Source: Bacteroidota bacterium (GTDB lineage Bacteria > Bacteroidota > Bacteroidia > AKYH767-A > OLB10). From it: a stretch of DNA of 64,000 nucleotides. The notes beneath the pieces are model-generated. The model was given only the letters and a program-made list of their open reading frames with translations, was not told where the DNA came from and ran no database searches. The DNA is taken from the NCBI GenBank assembly GCA_947453935.1, contig CANGJU010000002.1, positions 754 through 64,753 on the forward strand, read 5' to 3'. Positions 47,263-59,100 of this stretch are shown piece by piece; the stretch's first letter is position 1; every line of letters begins with the position of its first letter. The position numbers and the translations under genes are program-made.

Positions 47263-48726
47263 TTACATTTTATTTATGTAATTCCCAATCATATCGCTGA
47301 ACTGATAACCATCAACAATACGATCTTTTGATAATTTATCGTACGATACTAATCCCCAAAGAATAAATTCTTTGATGAAATAAATATCTTCTTTCGCTAA
47401 CTCTGGCTGGTATTTTTGAATTAGCTCATCAAGTGGTTTAATCAAATCAAGTTGCTTCTTGTACTCAACATCGCTGATGTCATCTAATAACTCAAATCCT
47501 GATTCATTAAAAAACCATTCGATGATTTTTGCATACGGACTTTTATCTGGATTCTTTTCTAACTTCTCAATCTTCGGAAAATATGCAGGGAAATAACTTT
47601 TAATTGCATCGTTAATTAAATGCTGAGCAACAATAGCCGCACCCTCTTGCTCTCCCTCGTAAACTAATTCTACCTTGCCCGTTATTGCAGGAATAATTCC
47701 CATAAAATCTGATAAACGAACACTTGTTTTCGACGAACCTGTTTTTAATGCACGACGCTCTGCTGTACTAATTAAATTTTCATAAGCCGTAATACTTAAG
47801 CGTGCACTCACACCACTCTTGTTATCGATATACTCACTATCACGTGCCTCAAATGAAACCTGCTCTAATAAATCCTTTGCTAAACTTGGTACATATACAT
47901 TTTCAGATTGCTCTTTATTCAACTTTGCTTCCTGACTCGTAATGGTTCGTGCAATTGTAATTGAATCTGGATAGTGTGTTAATATCTGTGAACCGATACG
48001 GTCTTTCAACGGAGTTACAATGCTACCGCGATTCGTATAATCTTCCGGGTTTGCAGTAAATATAAATTGAATATCTAAATTCAATCGGATTTTAAAACCG
48101 CGAATTTGAACATCGCCCTCTTGCAAAATATTAAACAGCGCTACTTGAATTCTTGCTTGTAAATCGGGCAACTCATTAATCACAAAAATACATCTGTTAG
48201 CACGAGGAATCATTCCGAAGTGAATCACTCTATCATCTGCAAACGACAATTTCATATTAGCTGCTTTTATAGGATCTATATCGCCAATTAAATCTGCAAC
48301 CGTTACATCTGGCGTAGCTAATTTTTCAAAAAAACGATTACTTCTGTGAAGCCATTCAATCGGAGTATTATCTCCATGCTCTTGAATTAAATCTTTTGCA
48401 TAACGAGAGATAGGTTGCAATGGATCATCATTAATTTCAGAGCCTGCAACAAATGGAATATACTCATCTAACAACTCCACCATCTTACGCGCTAACCTTG
48501 TTTTAGCTTGTCCGCGTAGACCTAATAAGTTTATGTTATGTCGAGATAAAATTGCACGCTCCAACTCAGGAATAACTGTATTTTCAAATCCATGTACACC
48601 TTCAAAAACTGGCATGCCTGATTTTAATTTTTCAATTAAGTTATCGCGCAATTCATCTTTTATCGACTTCGATTGATAGCTTGATTTTTTTAAATCGCCT
48701 AGGGTTTTTATTTTATCTGCTTTCAT
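47263..48726 (-). CDS. AAA+ ATPase of the ChlI/MoxR-like group
   Basis: 487 aa. Walker A-like GLRGQAKT and Walker B-like VINELPDL. Paired with a VWA protein. Confidence 0.7.
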   Translation of the reverse strand: MKADKIKTLGDLKKSSYQSKSIKDELRDNLIEKLKSGMPVFEGVHGFENTVIPELERAILSRHNINLLGLRGQAKTRLARKMVELLDEYIPFVAGSEINDDPLQPISRYAKDLIQEHGDNTPIEWLHRSNRFFEKLATPDVTVADLIGDIDPIKAANMKLSFADDRVIHFGMIPRANRCIFVINELPDLQARIQVALFNILQEGDVQIRGFKIRLNLDIQFIFTANPEDYTNRGSIVTPLKDRIGSQILTHYPDSITIARTITSQEAKLNKEQSENVYVPSLAKDLLEQVSFEARDSEYIDNKSGVSARLSITAYENLISTAERRALKTGSSKTSVRLSDFMGIIPAITGKVELVYEGEQEGAAIVAQHLINDAIKSYFPAYFPKIEKLEKNPDKSPYAKIIEWFFNESGFELLDDISDVEYKKQLDLIKPLDELIQKYQPELAKEDIYFIKEFILWGLVSYDKLSKDRIVDGYQFSDMIGNYINKM

Positions 48727-48788
48727 TATTTGAGATTGTAAATTGTTTTAAGTGTTTTTTTATTTATCAATTCTTGATATATCAACTA

Positions 48789-49907
48789 TTATTTAATTCT
48801 CTTTTTTCGATTGGCCTCATAATCTTCAAAAATCATTTCACCTAATCCTTTTAATCCTGTGTAAAATGCTTTCCCTTGATTTGCTTCTGTAAAACGATTG
48901 ACAAATCGCTGCAAGTAGGGATCATTTGCAATCATAAATGTCGTAATCGGAATATGTAATTTTCTTGCTTGGGCCGCCTGATTATAACATTGTTCAACGA
49001 TGTATTCATCAAGTCCGTTTGAATTCATGTAATAGGTTCCATCTTTTTCACGAACACAACTTGGCTTCCCATCGGTAATCATAAAAATTTGCTTGTTGGT
49101 ATTTCTCTTCCGACGTAATATATCCATTGCTAATTGTAAACCCGCAACGGTATTCGTATGATAAGGACCCACTTTTAAATATGGTAAATCTTTAATAGCA
49201 ATAGGCCAGGCATCATTACCAAATACTAAAACATCAATCGTGTCTTTCGGATAACGGGTTGTGATTAATTCTGCTAATGCCATCGCTACTTTTTTAGCAG
49301 GTGTGATGCGATCTTCTCCGTATAAAATCATACTATGACTAATATCAATCATCAGCACAGTACTCATCTGCGCTTTGTATGTCGACTCTTCAACGATCAA
49401 ATCATTTTCGGTAAGTTTAAATTCATCAACTCCATTATTGATTTGAGCATTGCGCAAACTTTCGGTCATTGAGATACTCTCTAATCCATCGCCGAAATTA
49501 TAATTCCGAAACTCGCCTGTTTGTTCATCACCACTTCCAACATGTTTTGTTTTATGATTTCCATTACCCGCCTTTTTCAAATTACCAAAAATCTGATCTA
49601 AGGCCTGCTGACGAATTGCGCGTTCTGTTTTTGCAGTAATACCAATTCCACCTGTACCATCTTCATTAATTTCATCTCGGATATATCCTTTCTTTTTCAA
49701 GTCTTCGATGAAATCATCAATCGTATAATCTTTATCTGTGAGCTTATACTCAACATCTATTTCACGAAGCCACGAAATCGCCTCGTCGAAGTCGCCAGCC
49801 GTATGAATAATAAGTTCCTTAAAAATATCAAACAGCCTATCAAAGGGTGATTGAAACGGCGCTTCGTATTTTTTAAATAAAAATCCTTTTTTTATTTGCT
49901 TATTCAT
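48789..49907 (-). CDS. von Willebrand factor A (VWA) domain protein
   Basis: 372 aa. MIDAS motif in MIDISHSM (DxSxS), with downstream T and D positions. Confidence 0.8.
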   Translation of the reverse strand: MNKQIKKGFLFKKYEAPFQSPFDRLFDIFKELIIHTAGDFDEAISWLREIDVEYKLTDKDYTIDDFIEDLKKKGYIRDEINEDGTGGIGITAKTERAIRQQALDQIFGNLKKAGNGNHKTKHVGSGDEQTGEFRNYNFGDGLESISMTESLRNAQINNGVDEFKLTENDLIVEESTYKAQMSTVLMIDISHSMILYGEDRITPAKKVAMALAELITTRYPKDTIDVLVFGNDAWPIAIKDLPYLKVGPYHTNTVAGLQLAMDILRRKRNTNKQIFMITDGKPSCVREKDGTYYMNSNGLDEYIVEQCYNQAAQARKLHIPITTFMIANDPYLQRFVNRFTEANQGKAFYTGLKGLGEMIFEDYEANRKKRIK

Positions 49908-50021
49908 TTTGTAACAACTGCTAAATTCTAAGATTGTAAAATGTAAACAAGTGGATTACTTTTAAGTTATAAAAAACAGAAAAAGTTTATTTCACTTACT
50001 CTAATGTAGAAAGAAAACTCA

Positions 50022-50059
50022 AATAAAAAAGCCCCTCAGATTTAATTTTCCGAGGGACC
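50022..50059 (-). terminator. Rho-independent terminator downstream of the M20 peptidase gene
   Basis: On the minus strand: GTCCCTCGG...CTGAGGGGC stem followed by TTTTTTATTT. Confidence 0.6.
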
Positions 50060-50078
50060 TTTCAATATTTTCTAGCAA

Positions 50079-51449
50079 TTACTTACTCATGTCTGTGAAG
50101 TTCTTATAGAACACTGGAATGGTCTCAATACCTTTCAAGAAATTGAAGATTCCATAATGCTCATTTGGAGAGTGAATCAAGTCACTATCTAATCCAAAGC
50201 CCATCAACACACTCTTCAATCCTAATTCTTTTTCAAACAATGCAACGATCGGAATACTTCCGCCACCACGTGTAGGAATTGGCTTCTTACCAAATGTAGT
50301 TTCCATTGCCATACTCGCTGCTTTGAAGGCAATCGAATCAGTTGGTGTAACAACTGGCTCACCGCCGTGATGCGGAGTCACTTTTACTTTCACTGATTTA
50401 GGTGCAAGCGATTCGAAATGTTTAGTAAATATTTCTGTGATTTTATCAGTTGTTTGATTAGGCACCAAACGCATAGAGATTTTTGCATACGCTTTACTTG
50501 GTAAAACTGTCTTCGCACCTTCTCCGATATATCCGCCCCAGATACCATTCAACTCAAACGTTGGTCGAATACCAGTACGCTCTAAGGTTGTGTATCCTTT
50601 TTCTCCGTGCACATCTTCAACATTCAAATCTTTCTTGTATTCATCAAGACTGAATGGCGCGCGATTTAATTCTTCACGTTCTGCATCAGTTAAAACAACT
50701 ACATCATTATAAAATCCTGGTATCGTGATATGATTATTTTCGTCTTTCATCTTCGCAATCATCTCGCACAAAATAGTAATCGGATTCGCAACAGCTCCAC
50801 CATAAACTCCTGAATGTAAATCTCTATTTGGACCTGTAACTTCTACTTCAACATAACTCAATCCACGTAACCCAACATCAATCGAAGGAATATCATTCGC
50901 GATAATAGAAGTATCACTAATCAGAATGATATCGCCTTTCAAGCGGTCTTTATTATCACGAATCCATGTTCCTAAATTTGATGAGCCCACTTCTTCTTCA
51001 CCTTCAATCATGAATTTCACATTGCAAGGAAGCGAATTCGTTTTCATCATCAATTCAAAAGCCTTCACATGCATGAACATCTGACCTTTGTCATCGCATG
51101 ATCCACGCGCCACGATTAAACCATCTTTAATCACAGGCTCAAAAGGAGGTGAATCCCATAACTCTAATGGATCAGCAGGCTGAACATCATAGTGACCATA
51201 AACAACCACAGTTGGTAATGCAGGGTCAATCATTTTTTCTCCGTAAACGATAGGGTGTCCTGGTGTAGGACAAACTTCTACCTTATCAGCACCGGCTGCA
51301 ATAAGGCTGTTTTTTACAAATTCTGCATTGCGTTGTACGTCTTCTTTATACTTAGAATCAGCACTCACAGAAGGGATGCGAAGCATATCCATCAGCTCCG
51401 CTAAAAATCGATCTTTATTTTCTTCGATGTATTGTTTAATATGTTCCAT
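50079..51449 (-). CDS. M20-family dipeptidase/metallohydrolase
   Basis: 456 aa. GHYDVQP, SCDDKG and EGEEEVGS metal-site motifs. Confidence 0.85.
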   Translation of the reverse strand: MEHIKQYIEENKDRFLAELMDMLRIPSVSADSKYKEDVQRNAEFVKNSLIAAGADKVEVCPTPGHPIVYGEKMIDPALPTVVVYGHYDVQPADPLELWDSPPFEPVIKDGLIVARGSCDDKGQMFMHVKAFELMMKTNSLPCNVKFMIEGEEEVGSSNLGTWIRDNKDRLKGDIILISDTSIIANDIPSIDVGLRGLSYVEVEVTGPNRDLHSGVYGGAVANPITILCEMIAKMKDENNHITIPGFYNDVVVLTDAEREELNRAPFSLDEYKKDLNVEDVHGEKGYTTLERTGIRPTFELNGIWGGYIGEGAKTVLPSKAYAKISMRLVPNQTTDKITEIFTKHFESLAPKSVKVKVTPHHGGEPVVTPTDSIAFKAASMAMETTFGKKPIPTRGGGSIPIVALFEKELGLKSVLMGFGLDSDLIHSPNEHYGIFNFLKGIETIPVFYKNFTDMSK

Positions 51450-51512
51450 AATTTTGGCTTAACTTTGTTGAATTACACTCCAAATATAGTTTAAAAGCCA
51501 ATTCATTTAAGA

Positions 51513-54500
51513 ATGAAAAACAGAATATTGGTAAATAAATTCAGTTACCTGTTTATTACCTTATTGATAATCACATCAAAAGTTTTTGCCCAGGTTCCGG
51601 CTAACGATAATTGTTTAAATGCAAAGTTTATCAACCTCGATGCTACGGGAAATCTTTGCTTTACCAGCACTAACCAATTTGCCTCAGGTGATGGGTATTC
51701 TAACTCTTGTGATGCAGGTGCTACAACACCACTTCCTCCAGGCGGACATGAGGTTTGGTTTACTTACATAACATCTGGCCCAATTAATACAATTACTGTT
51801 GTCCCTTCGGGAGGAACACCCATTCAAAAAGCATCGGTAACCGTCTCTAACGGAAACTGCGCAGTAGGTGGAACTAATGTTTGTAATGCAGCAACTACTA
51901 ATGGAGGAACGGCATCAACGGCTTTTAGCATTGCAACAGGAACACAAATCTGGTTTTCGGTAACGGCACTCGTTAGCGACGGAAGTTTCTCCGTTTGCAT
52001 TAATTCAACACAAGGATTTGTAAGCCCAGGAATCAATTGTGCTAGTGCTGTTCAGATTTGTAACAAAGTCGATTTTAGCTGCCCTGGTTCTGCTATCAAT
52101 AGTTCAACAGTTTTACCATCTTGTTTTTCGACACCTCCTAATCGTGAGATGTGGTATAAATTTACACCAGGGAATACTGCTCCTTTAGAGTTCACTTGTA
52201 CCCCAACAGGTATTGGCGGATTCCGTTGGGCTTTGTATGATATTACAACTGGTTGTCCAGGAACTCAAGTAGCATGTAATAATATTTACAACTCGTCTCT
52301 TCCATTCGGATTATCGGCAAGTGCATTAAACTGTAACACTACTCCATTTTGCCCTCCGGTTACCGTTACATCGGGAAGAACCTACGCATTGATGATAGAC
52401 GACACCAGCGAATCGGGTTCTGGTTTCAACATGAAATGGGGAACTGCATTAAACATGCTTCCTACAGCAGGATTCAATGTGGATAGTGTTTCTGCTTGTG
52501 GATCTTTAACATTAAACATTTCTGACTTTTCAACTTACTCAAATAACACTACTACATTCACTCTAGATTACGGTGATGGTTCACCGTTAGTAAATGGCAA
52601 TGGACTAACAGGGCCTTTTATATACCCATCGCATTCGTATGGACCAGGGACTTATTATGTAACACTTACACTCAATAATCCAACAGGTTGTTCGAGCACT
52701 TTTACTCGACAAATTGTAGTTACACCAAAACCGAGTGCAACATTTTCAGTGAATACTAACAGCGGATGCACGGATGGAACGAATCCTATAACAGTCGACT
52801 TTTCTGTTAACTCAGTTTCGTTTAATGCCAACTATAATTGGAACTTCCCCAACAATGCTGGTGTTATAGGAACAGGCATTGGAACAAATACCGTATTTTG
52901 GAATACGGTTGGTGCTCAGCCTGTCTGGTTGGTTGCAACAGAGAATGGCTGCGTATCAGATACTGCTAGAGATACTATTTATGTTTATGATTATCCAACA
53001 TCGACATTCAGTCTTGCAGCTACAGGATGTACAGATAATCCTATATCAGTAACCTATACTGGAAATGCAAGTAGCTCGGCAACTTATGGTTGGTCCTACG
53101 GAACAGGAACAGTAACTAATTCAACGAATCAGTCATTTAATATTTCATGGCCTGCACCAGGTAATTATTCTGTTGGCCTCGCGGTTCAAGAGCATGGTTG
53201 CTTATCCTTCCCTACTTCTAACAATATTTCAATTGGTCAGTCCCCTACCGTTAGTGTTACCGCTCCTAATTCTGTTTGCGAAGGCGATACACTTACGGTT
53301 AACAATATTGTCAGTGGAAATCCTGCTGGTTTAACTTATGTTTGGAATTTCGGAACTACAACAGTTGTTTCTGGTAATCCTGCTACAACAGGCAACGGAA
53401 CTTTTACATGGCCAACAGCAGGAGCTACTTCATGGATTGTTGCAGGAACATCTGCTAATGGATGTACATCTACGGATACTGCAAGTATTTTGGTGCGAGC
53501 TAATCCAGTATCAACCTTTACTGTCAGCAACAACCAAGTTTGCGGAAACGATAATACCATTTTGACATTCACAGGAAGCACGCAACAGCCGAGCACCACA
53601 TTTACATGGGGATTCGATGGAGGTAACGGATCAGGCCCTGCAAGTGGACCTCAAACAGTCAACTTCTCAAGTGCAGGAAACTATACAGTTTACCTTGTAT
53701 TAGCGGATGCATTTTGTACTTCAGACACAACTAAAGCAACTATAACGGTTGCGGATTACCCCACAGCAAATGCAGGGCTTGCAACTACTACTTGCGCAGA
53801 CCAGTTAGTAAATTTAGGCACAGCTTTTACACCTGGATATACCTACTCATGGACACCGACTAGCTTTTTAAACAATTCAACTATTTCGGATCCGTTAGCC
53901 AGCATTCCTAATTTTGGTAATACAGATACGCTAGTAAAATATATTGTTACAACCACAGAGGGATTCTGTAGTTCGAAGGACAGTATTATTGTAACGGTTC
54001 ACCCTGTTCAGCTGGCATTATTCAATCGACCGGGCCCACAATGCGAAACGGGAAATAGTTATAATTTCAGTCCTGCGAATGCAATCGTTCCAGGAGCATT
54101 ATTTAACTGGAATTTTGGAGCAAATGCAAGCACTCCAACTGCCAATAGTGCCAACGTAAGCAATGTATCATTTAACACAGCAGGATGGCAAGTAATTACA
54201 CTTAGTACCTCAACCCCAGGATGTCTTGCAGATTTGTATACCGATAGTGTATTTATTAAAACTAATCCGCAAGTGCTTTTAGGCTCTGATGTCACTGGTG
54301 GATGTCCACCGGTGGTAGTAAACTTCAGTAATAACTCTCCTGCATTGCCTGGATCGTCGTTAGAATGGAACTTTGGTGATGGAAGCACATCAACAACTGC
54401 AAATCCAACATACACGTATTCGCTGGCAGGATCATACCAACCAACTCTGACAATAACAAGTGCGGACACCTGTTCTACAACGCAAAATTTAGCAACAACA

Positions 54501-55037
54501 ATCAATGTAACAACGCTACCTAACGCAGCATTTTCAGCAAATCCATTAGTAGTAACATCTATAAGTCCGTTAATCACATTCACTGCTGTTGCTCCAGGAA
54601 GTAATTGTTATTACGACTTCGGAGATGGATCAGTTGATAGCTCATGCTATACGCAACATATCTATCAAGATACCGGAGTGTTCATTGTAAAATTTGTAAC
54701 GATCAATGCAGGTGGCTGTGCCGATTCTTCATTTATCACTGTAGAAGTAAAAGACATTTACAATCTTACTTTGCCGAATGCATTTTCTCCGAATAACGAT
54801 GGACTAAATGATAACTTTCAAATCTTTGCTAAAGGAATTAGAAACTTTGAATTATGGGTTTATAACAGACGAGGACAAATCGTTTGGACAACAACTAACC
54901 CTGATGACGCATGGAATGGCAAATACCTAAATCAATACGAGGATTGTCCTTCGGGAGTTTATGTTTATCGAGTTAGAACGAAGGATGTCAATAACAAAAA
55001 GCATGAAGAAACGGGCGATATTACAATCATTCGATAA
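51513..55037 (+). CDS. Large PKD-repeat surface protein with T9SS type B (gliding-motility-associated) C-terminal domain
   Basis: 1174 aa with a signal peptide. N-terminal PANDNC module and repeated YGDGS/FGDGS PKD-like units. C-terminus is LPNAFSPNNDGLNDNF...GVYVYRV. Confidence 0.8.
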   Translation: MKNRILVNKFSYLFITLLIITSKVFAQVPANDNCLNAKFINLDATGNLCFTSTNQFASGDGYSNSCDAGATTPLPPGGHEVWFTYITSGPINTITVVPSGGTPIQKASVTVSNGNCAVGGTNVCNAATTNGGTASTAFSIATGTQIWFSVTALVSDGSFSVCINSTQGFVSPGINCASAVQICNKVDFSCPGSAINSSTVLPSCFSTPPNREMWYKFTPGNTAPLEFTCTPTGIGGFRWALYDITTGCPGTQVACNNIYNSSLPFGLSASALNCNTTPFCPPVTVTSGRTYALMIDDTSESGSGFNMKWGTALNMLPTAGFNVDSVSACGSLTLNISDFSTYSNNTTTFTLDYGDGSPLVNGNGLTGPFIYPSHSYGPGTYYVTLTLNNPTGCSSTFTRQIVVTPKPSATFSVNTNSGCTDGTNPITVDFSVNSVSFNANYNWNFPNNAGVIGTGIGTNTVFWNTVGAQPVWLVATENGCVSDTARDTIYVYDYPTSTFSLAATGCTDNPISVTYTGNASSSATYGWSYGTGTVTNSTNQSFNISWPAPGNYSVGLAVQEHGCLSFPTSNNISIGQSPTVSVTAPNSVCEGDTLTVNNIVSGNPAGLTYVWNFGTTTVVSGNPATTGNGTFTWPTAGATSWIVAGTSANGCTSTDTASILVRANPVSTFTVSNNQVCGNDNTILTFTGSTQQPSTTFTWGFDGGNGSGPASGPQTVNFSSAGNYTVYLVLADAFCTSDTTKATITVADYPTANAGLATTTCADQLVNLGTAFTPGYTYSWTPTSFLNNSTISDPLASIPNFGNTDTLVKYIVTTTEGFCSSKDSIIVTVHPVQLALFNRPGPQCETGNSYNFSPANAIVPGALFNWNFGANASTPTANSANVSNVSFNTAGWQVITLSTSTPGCLADLYTDSVFIKTNPQVLLGSDVTGGCPPVVVNFSNNSPALPGSSLEWNFGDGSTSTTANPTYTYSLAGSYQPTLTITSADTCSTTQNLATTINVTTLPNAAFSANPLVVTSISPLITFTAVAPGSNCYYDFGDGSVDSSCYTQHIYQDTGVFIVKFVTINAGGCADSSFITVEVKDIYNLTLPNAFSPNNDGLNDNFQIFAKGIRNFELWVYNRRGQIVWTTTNPDDAWNGKYLNQYEDCPSGVYVYRVRTKDVNNKKHEETGDITIIR

Positions 55038-55040
55038 AAC

Positions 55041-55072
55041 AAAAAAGGGACGATATAACGTCCCTTTTTTTT
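55041..55072. terminator. Bidirectional rho-independent terminator
   Basis: AAAAAA-GGGACG-atataa-CGTCCC-TTTTTTTT, between convergent genes. Confidence 0.75.
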
Positions 55073-55087
55073 ATTCTGGCTTTCGAA

Positions 55088-55930
55088 TTACCTTAATTGA
55101 ATCACATAAGTATATCCGTTAATTGTAACCTGCGCTAAATTATCCCAATCGCCATTTGGATAGCCATAATTGATATAACGAGTGTACTTACCTTGCGGAG
55201 TAAAAGCTAATGTTCCATCGGTGATATGTCGATAGCCAATTTCTTTCTTTAATGGAGATACAGTTGTAGCCGTATATGATGAACCTGTATGTGTAACGCC
55301 ACTCTGAGTCCCACTTATCAAATACACATCATCGGTCCAAAGCAGTGTAGATTCACCTTCGCTCCATTCGCGTGTGCGGTTGGCTGTGTAGCTGCTAGTA
55401 CAAACGCTTCCGAAGTAAGCAGCATCCCAAGTAATAGTTCCATTTACAACGATATCAAAAGATAAATTTCCATTCAAATTACGGCCTTTGTTAGTGACCG
55501 TTTTGGAACCCTCAATTTTATTGTTATTTACATAATAATTATCGAAAGCGATTGTATGAGTGCTACCGCTATCACGATAAAACCCTTGGTATGAAACAAT
55601 GATTTTTCCTCGTCTATAATTGACATCATTACACAAGCAATTAGTTGTTCCAAAATCGATGGTGAATGATTTAGGATTGGCCGAAGTATCAAAAGAAACA
55701 GAAGCACAATTTGATAAAAACACAGGAGGAACACTGCCTTTGTAAGAGCTTACTGAACCTGTATATCCCTCATCGGCAATATTAGCAACATCGTTAAATG
55801 CAGCATCAGCCATTGCGTTTTCTATAGCAGTGGACGTGTCATTATCGCCTTCTGGTTTCGGAGTTTCTTTCTTACAAGCGGTTAATGCAAAAAGTATTGA
55901 GGCAAATACTATAAGGCTGAAATTTTTCAT
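55088..55930 (-). CDS. Hypothetical lipoprotein
   Basis: 280 aa with lipobox LTAC. No recognisable domain. Confidence 0.5.
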   Translation of the reverse strand: MKNFSLIVFASILFALTACKKETPKPEGDNDTSTAIENAMADAAFNDVANIADEGYTGSVSSYKGSVPPVFLSNCASVSFDTSANPKSFTIDFGTTNCLCNDVNYRRGKIIVSYQGFYRDSGSTHTIAFDNYYVNNNKIEGSKTVTNKGRNLNGNLSFDIVVNGTITWDAAYFGSVCTSSYTANRTREWSEGESTLLWTDDVYLISGTQSGVTHTGSSYTATTVSPLKKEIGYRHITDGTLAFTPQGKYTRYINYGYPNGDWDNLAQVTINGYTYVIQLR

Positions 55931-56114
55931 TTTATGTGGATTTGTTTTTCTATAACGAAGTTAGGAAGTTTTTGTTGCTACACTCTAAAATCAAGGAAAG
56001 AGGGGTTTAATTATATACACTTTGTTGTTGATAAAATAGGACATTAATACACTATTTCATTCTCGACTGCCGTTTCATAGATGTAATTTTGATTTTTCAT
56101 AGGTGTACCCAATC

Positions 56115-59100
56115 ATGAAGCATAAACTTAAATTTTTAATCCTAGCAGGAATTCTTTGCACAAGGATTTCATTCGCGCAGCATACAGAATTTTATACTGA
56201 GGCCGACAGAAATTACAAAACAGCTTACGAGCTATTCATCAAAGAAAAATATGGTGCGGCCATCGAATTGTTCGATAACTATGCAGCCTCTTCAAAAGGA
56301 ACATTGCCTTATAAAATAAATGCAGCCTACTACTCGGCTGTTTCATCATTTGAGCTTTTTAATCCAGATGCAGAATCGAAGTTGCAGACATTTATTGATA
56401 AATATCCTGAAAGCACAAAAGCACCATTAGCCTGGTTTTATTTAGGGCGCATGCATTACAGAACGAAACAATATGGTAAAGCACTTACAGCACTTGAGAA
56501 AGCAGATGTTTATTATTTATCAGGTGATGAAGTAGCCGAATATTATTTTAAAACTGGCTATTGCTATTTTTCAAAAAACGATCAGGAAAAAGCATCCAAG
56601 AATTTTCATGAAATTATTGAAGTACAGTCAAAGTATCAAACTGCGGCGCAATATTACTACGGACATATTGCCTATACACAAAACAACTTTAATACAGCAT
56701 TAGAATATTTTAAGAAACTGGATTCATCTGCTACGTTTGGACCATTAGTTCCTTATTACATCACTCAAATGTATTTCGAGCAAGAAAATTATAATGAAGT
56801 AATTAAATACGGAACGGATATCCTGAAAAAATCTAATCCGCAAAATGCTTCTGAAATTAATCGCATTATTGCAGAGTCTTATTACCGATCTAACGATTAT
56901 AAAAATGCATTAATCTATTTTGACGTTTATCAATCTTCAGTGCCTGCTATCAATCGTGATGATCGCTATTCAATTGCTTATTGTGAATATAAAAATGGGG
57001 ATTACAAAACAGCTGCTGCGAATTTCGAGAAGGTGACCGAAGTGAATGATTCATTAGCGCAAAATGCATACTACCATTTAGCAGATTGTTATCTGAAAGC
57101 AAAAAACAAACAAGCAGCGAGAAACGCATTTCAATTTGCAGGCAAGAATACTTTTGATCCAAGCATCAGCGAATCATCGCAATTTAATTATGCTAAACTA
57201 TCTTATGAATTAGGATTTCAGCCTGTAGCACTTAATGCTTTCAGAAATTTTTTAGTTAACTATCCAAATTCAAAATATGCTGATGAGTCGAACGAGCTAA
57301 TTGCGGTTCTATACCTAAACACTAGAAACTACAAAGACGCCTTAACAGCACTAGATAACATTAAAGTAAAAACCAATCGTTCAAAAGAAGCTTATCAGAA
57401 AGTAGCTTATTACCGAGGTGTTGAATTATTTAATGATGGTTATCTTGATAATGCAATTTCAATGTTCGAGAAAGCAATTGTAAATGATATCAATCAGAAT
57501 TTAAGAGCACTTGCAATGTATTGGAAAGCAGAGGCACTTTACAAACAAAACAAATTCGAAGCTGCAATTAAGCAATATCGCATTTTCATTTTTAATCCAG
57601 CATCTGTTAACACCGACTTCTACGAATTAGGTCATTATAATTTAGGATATGCATATTTTAAAAATACAGAATACAACGAAGCTGCAACATGGTTCAGAAA
57701 ATACTTAGCGAAAAAAGGCGAAGTATCGAAAACCAGTTACGACGATTGTCTCTTAAGAACTGGTGATTGTTTTTATGTAACAAGACAATTTGAAACAGCA
57801 CTTCCGTATTATCAACAGGCTATCGATAATCAAGCTGCATCAAGCGATTATGCGTTATTTCAGAAAGGAATCTTACAAGGATTATTAGGTGATGTTGATG
57901 GAAAGACCAGTACGATGAATACATTACTAACGCAGTATCCAAAATCAAAATTCAAAGCAGATGGATTATTTGAAAAAGGCAAAGCGCAATTGTCGTTAGG
58001 CAATTCTGCAGAAGCAAAGAAACTATTTAATGATTTACTAGCTGAATTTCCAAATAGTGTTTATGCTAAAAAAGCGCAGTTGAATGTTGGCTTGATTCAC
58101 TTTAACAGTAATGAAGATGATGAAGCATTAAATATCTTTAAAAAGGTTGTAAGCAATTATCCAGGATCGCCAGAAGCAGCAGAAGCATTAGCAACAATCA
58201 AAAGTATTTACATTTCGAATGGCACTCCAGATAAATATTTTGAATATGCAAAAACAGTATCAAACGTAAGCATCAGTGAAGGGGCACAAGATTCTATTAC
58301 GTTTGAAGCGGCAGAGCAACAATATTTAAGTCAGAAATTTGATGAAGCTAAAATTTCATTCAAAAAATACTTAGAACAATTCGACAATGGCATTTTCAAA
58401 CTAAATGCAACTTTCTATATTGCTGAATGTGATTATCGATCGAATAAATTTGAAGATGCATTAACAGGATATGAATTTATAGTTGCTCAACCGAAAAATA
58501 TTTTCTCTGAAAAATCATTGCTTAAAGCAGGTAATATTAATTACAAAAACAAAGCTTACGATCGTGCCATACCACATTATGCAAAATTAGAACAGACTGC
58601 TGATTTAAGAGATAATATCATTTATGCACAAACAGGCTTGATGAGATGTTATTTTAAAAACAAACAATACGACCAGTCGCTTTTATATGCTCAGAAATTA
58701 TTGTCAGCTGAAAAAGTATCTAATGAAATTACCGCTGAGGCACATTTAACTAATGGTCGTTGTGCTTTATTGACGGATGATTTTGCAACAGCTAAAAAAG
58801 AGTTTCAGGCTACCGCAAAACAAAGCAGTGCTGTTGGTGCTGAATCGCGCTACAACCTAGCATTAATTGAATACAAGCAAAACAACTTTAAAACTTCACA
58901 AAACAAGTGCTTCGAAATCATCAATGAAGTACCATCGTATGACTACTGGATTGGAAAGTCATTTATCTTACTTGCAGATAATTATGTTGCATTAAAAGAC
59001 ACTTTCCAGGCAAAACAAACATTACAAAGTTTAATTGACAACTTTGAAGTGGACCCTTCGGACCCAGAAGACATTAAGGCGTTAGCAACTGCAAAATATA

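Noticed and set aside
54059-54583. 174-aa minus-strand ORF (plus 53336..53599 and 51824..52036) inside the PKD adhesin gene
   Set aside because: They are antisense to a 1174-aa ORF with clear domain structure. Val/Gly-rich shadow frames are expected opposite Thr/Asn/Gly-rich coding sequence.
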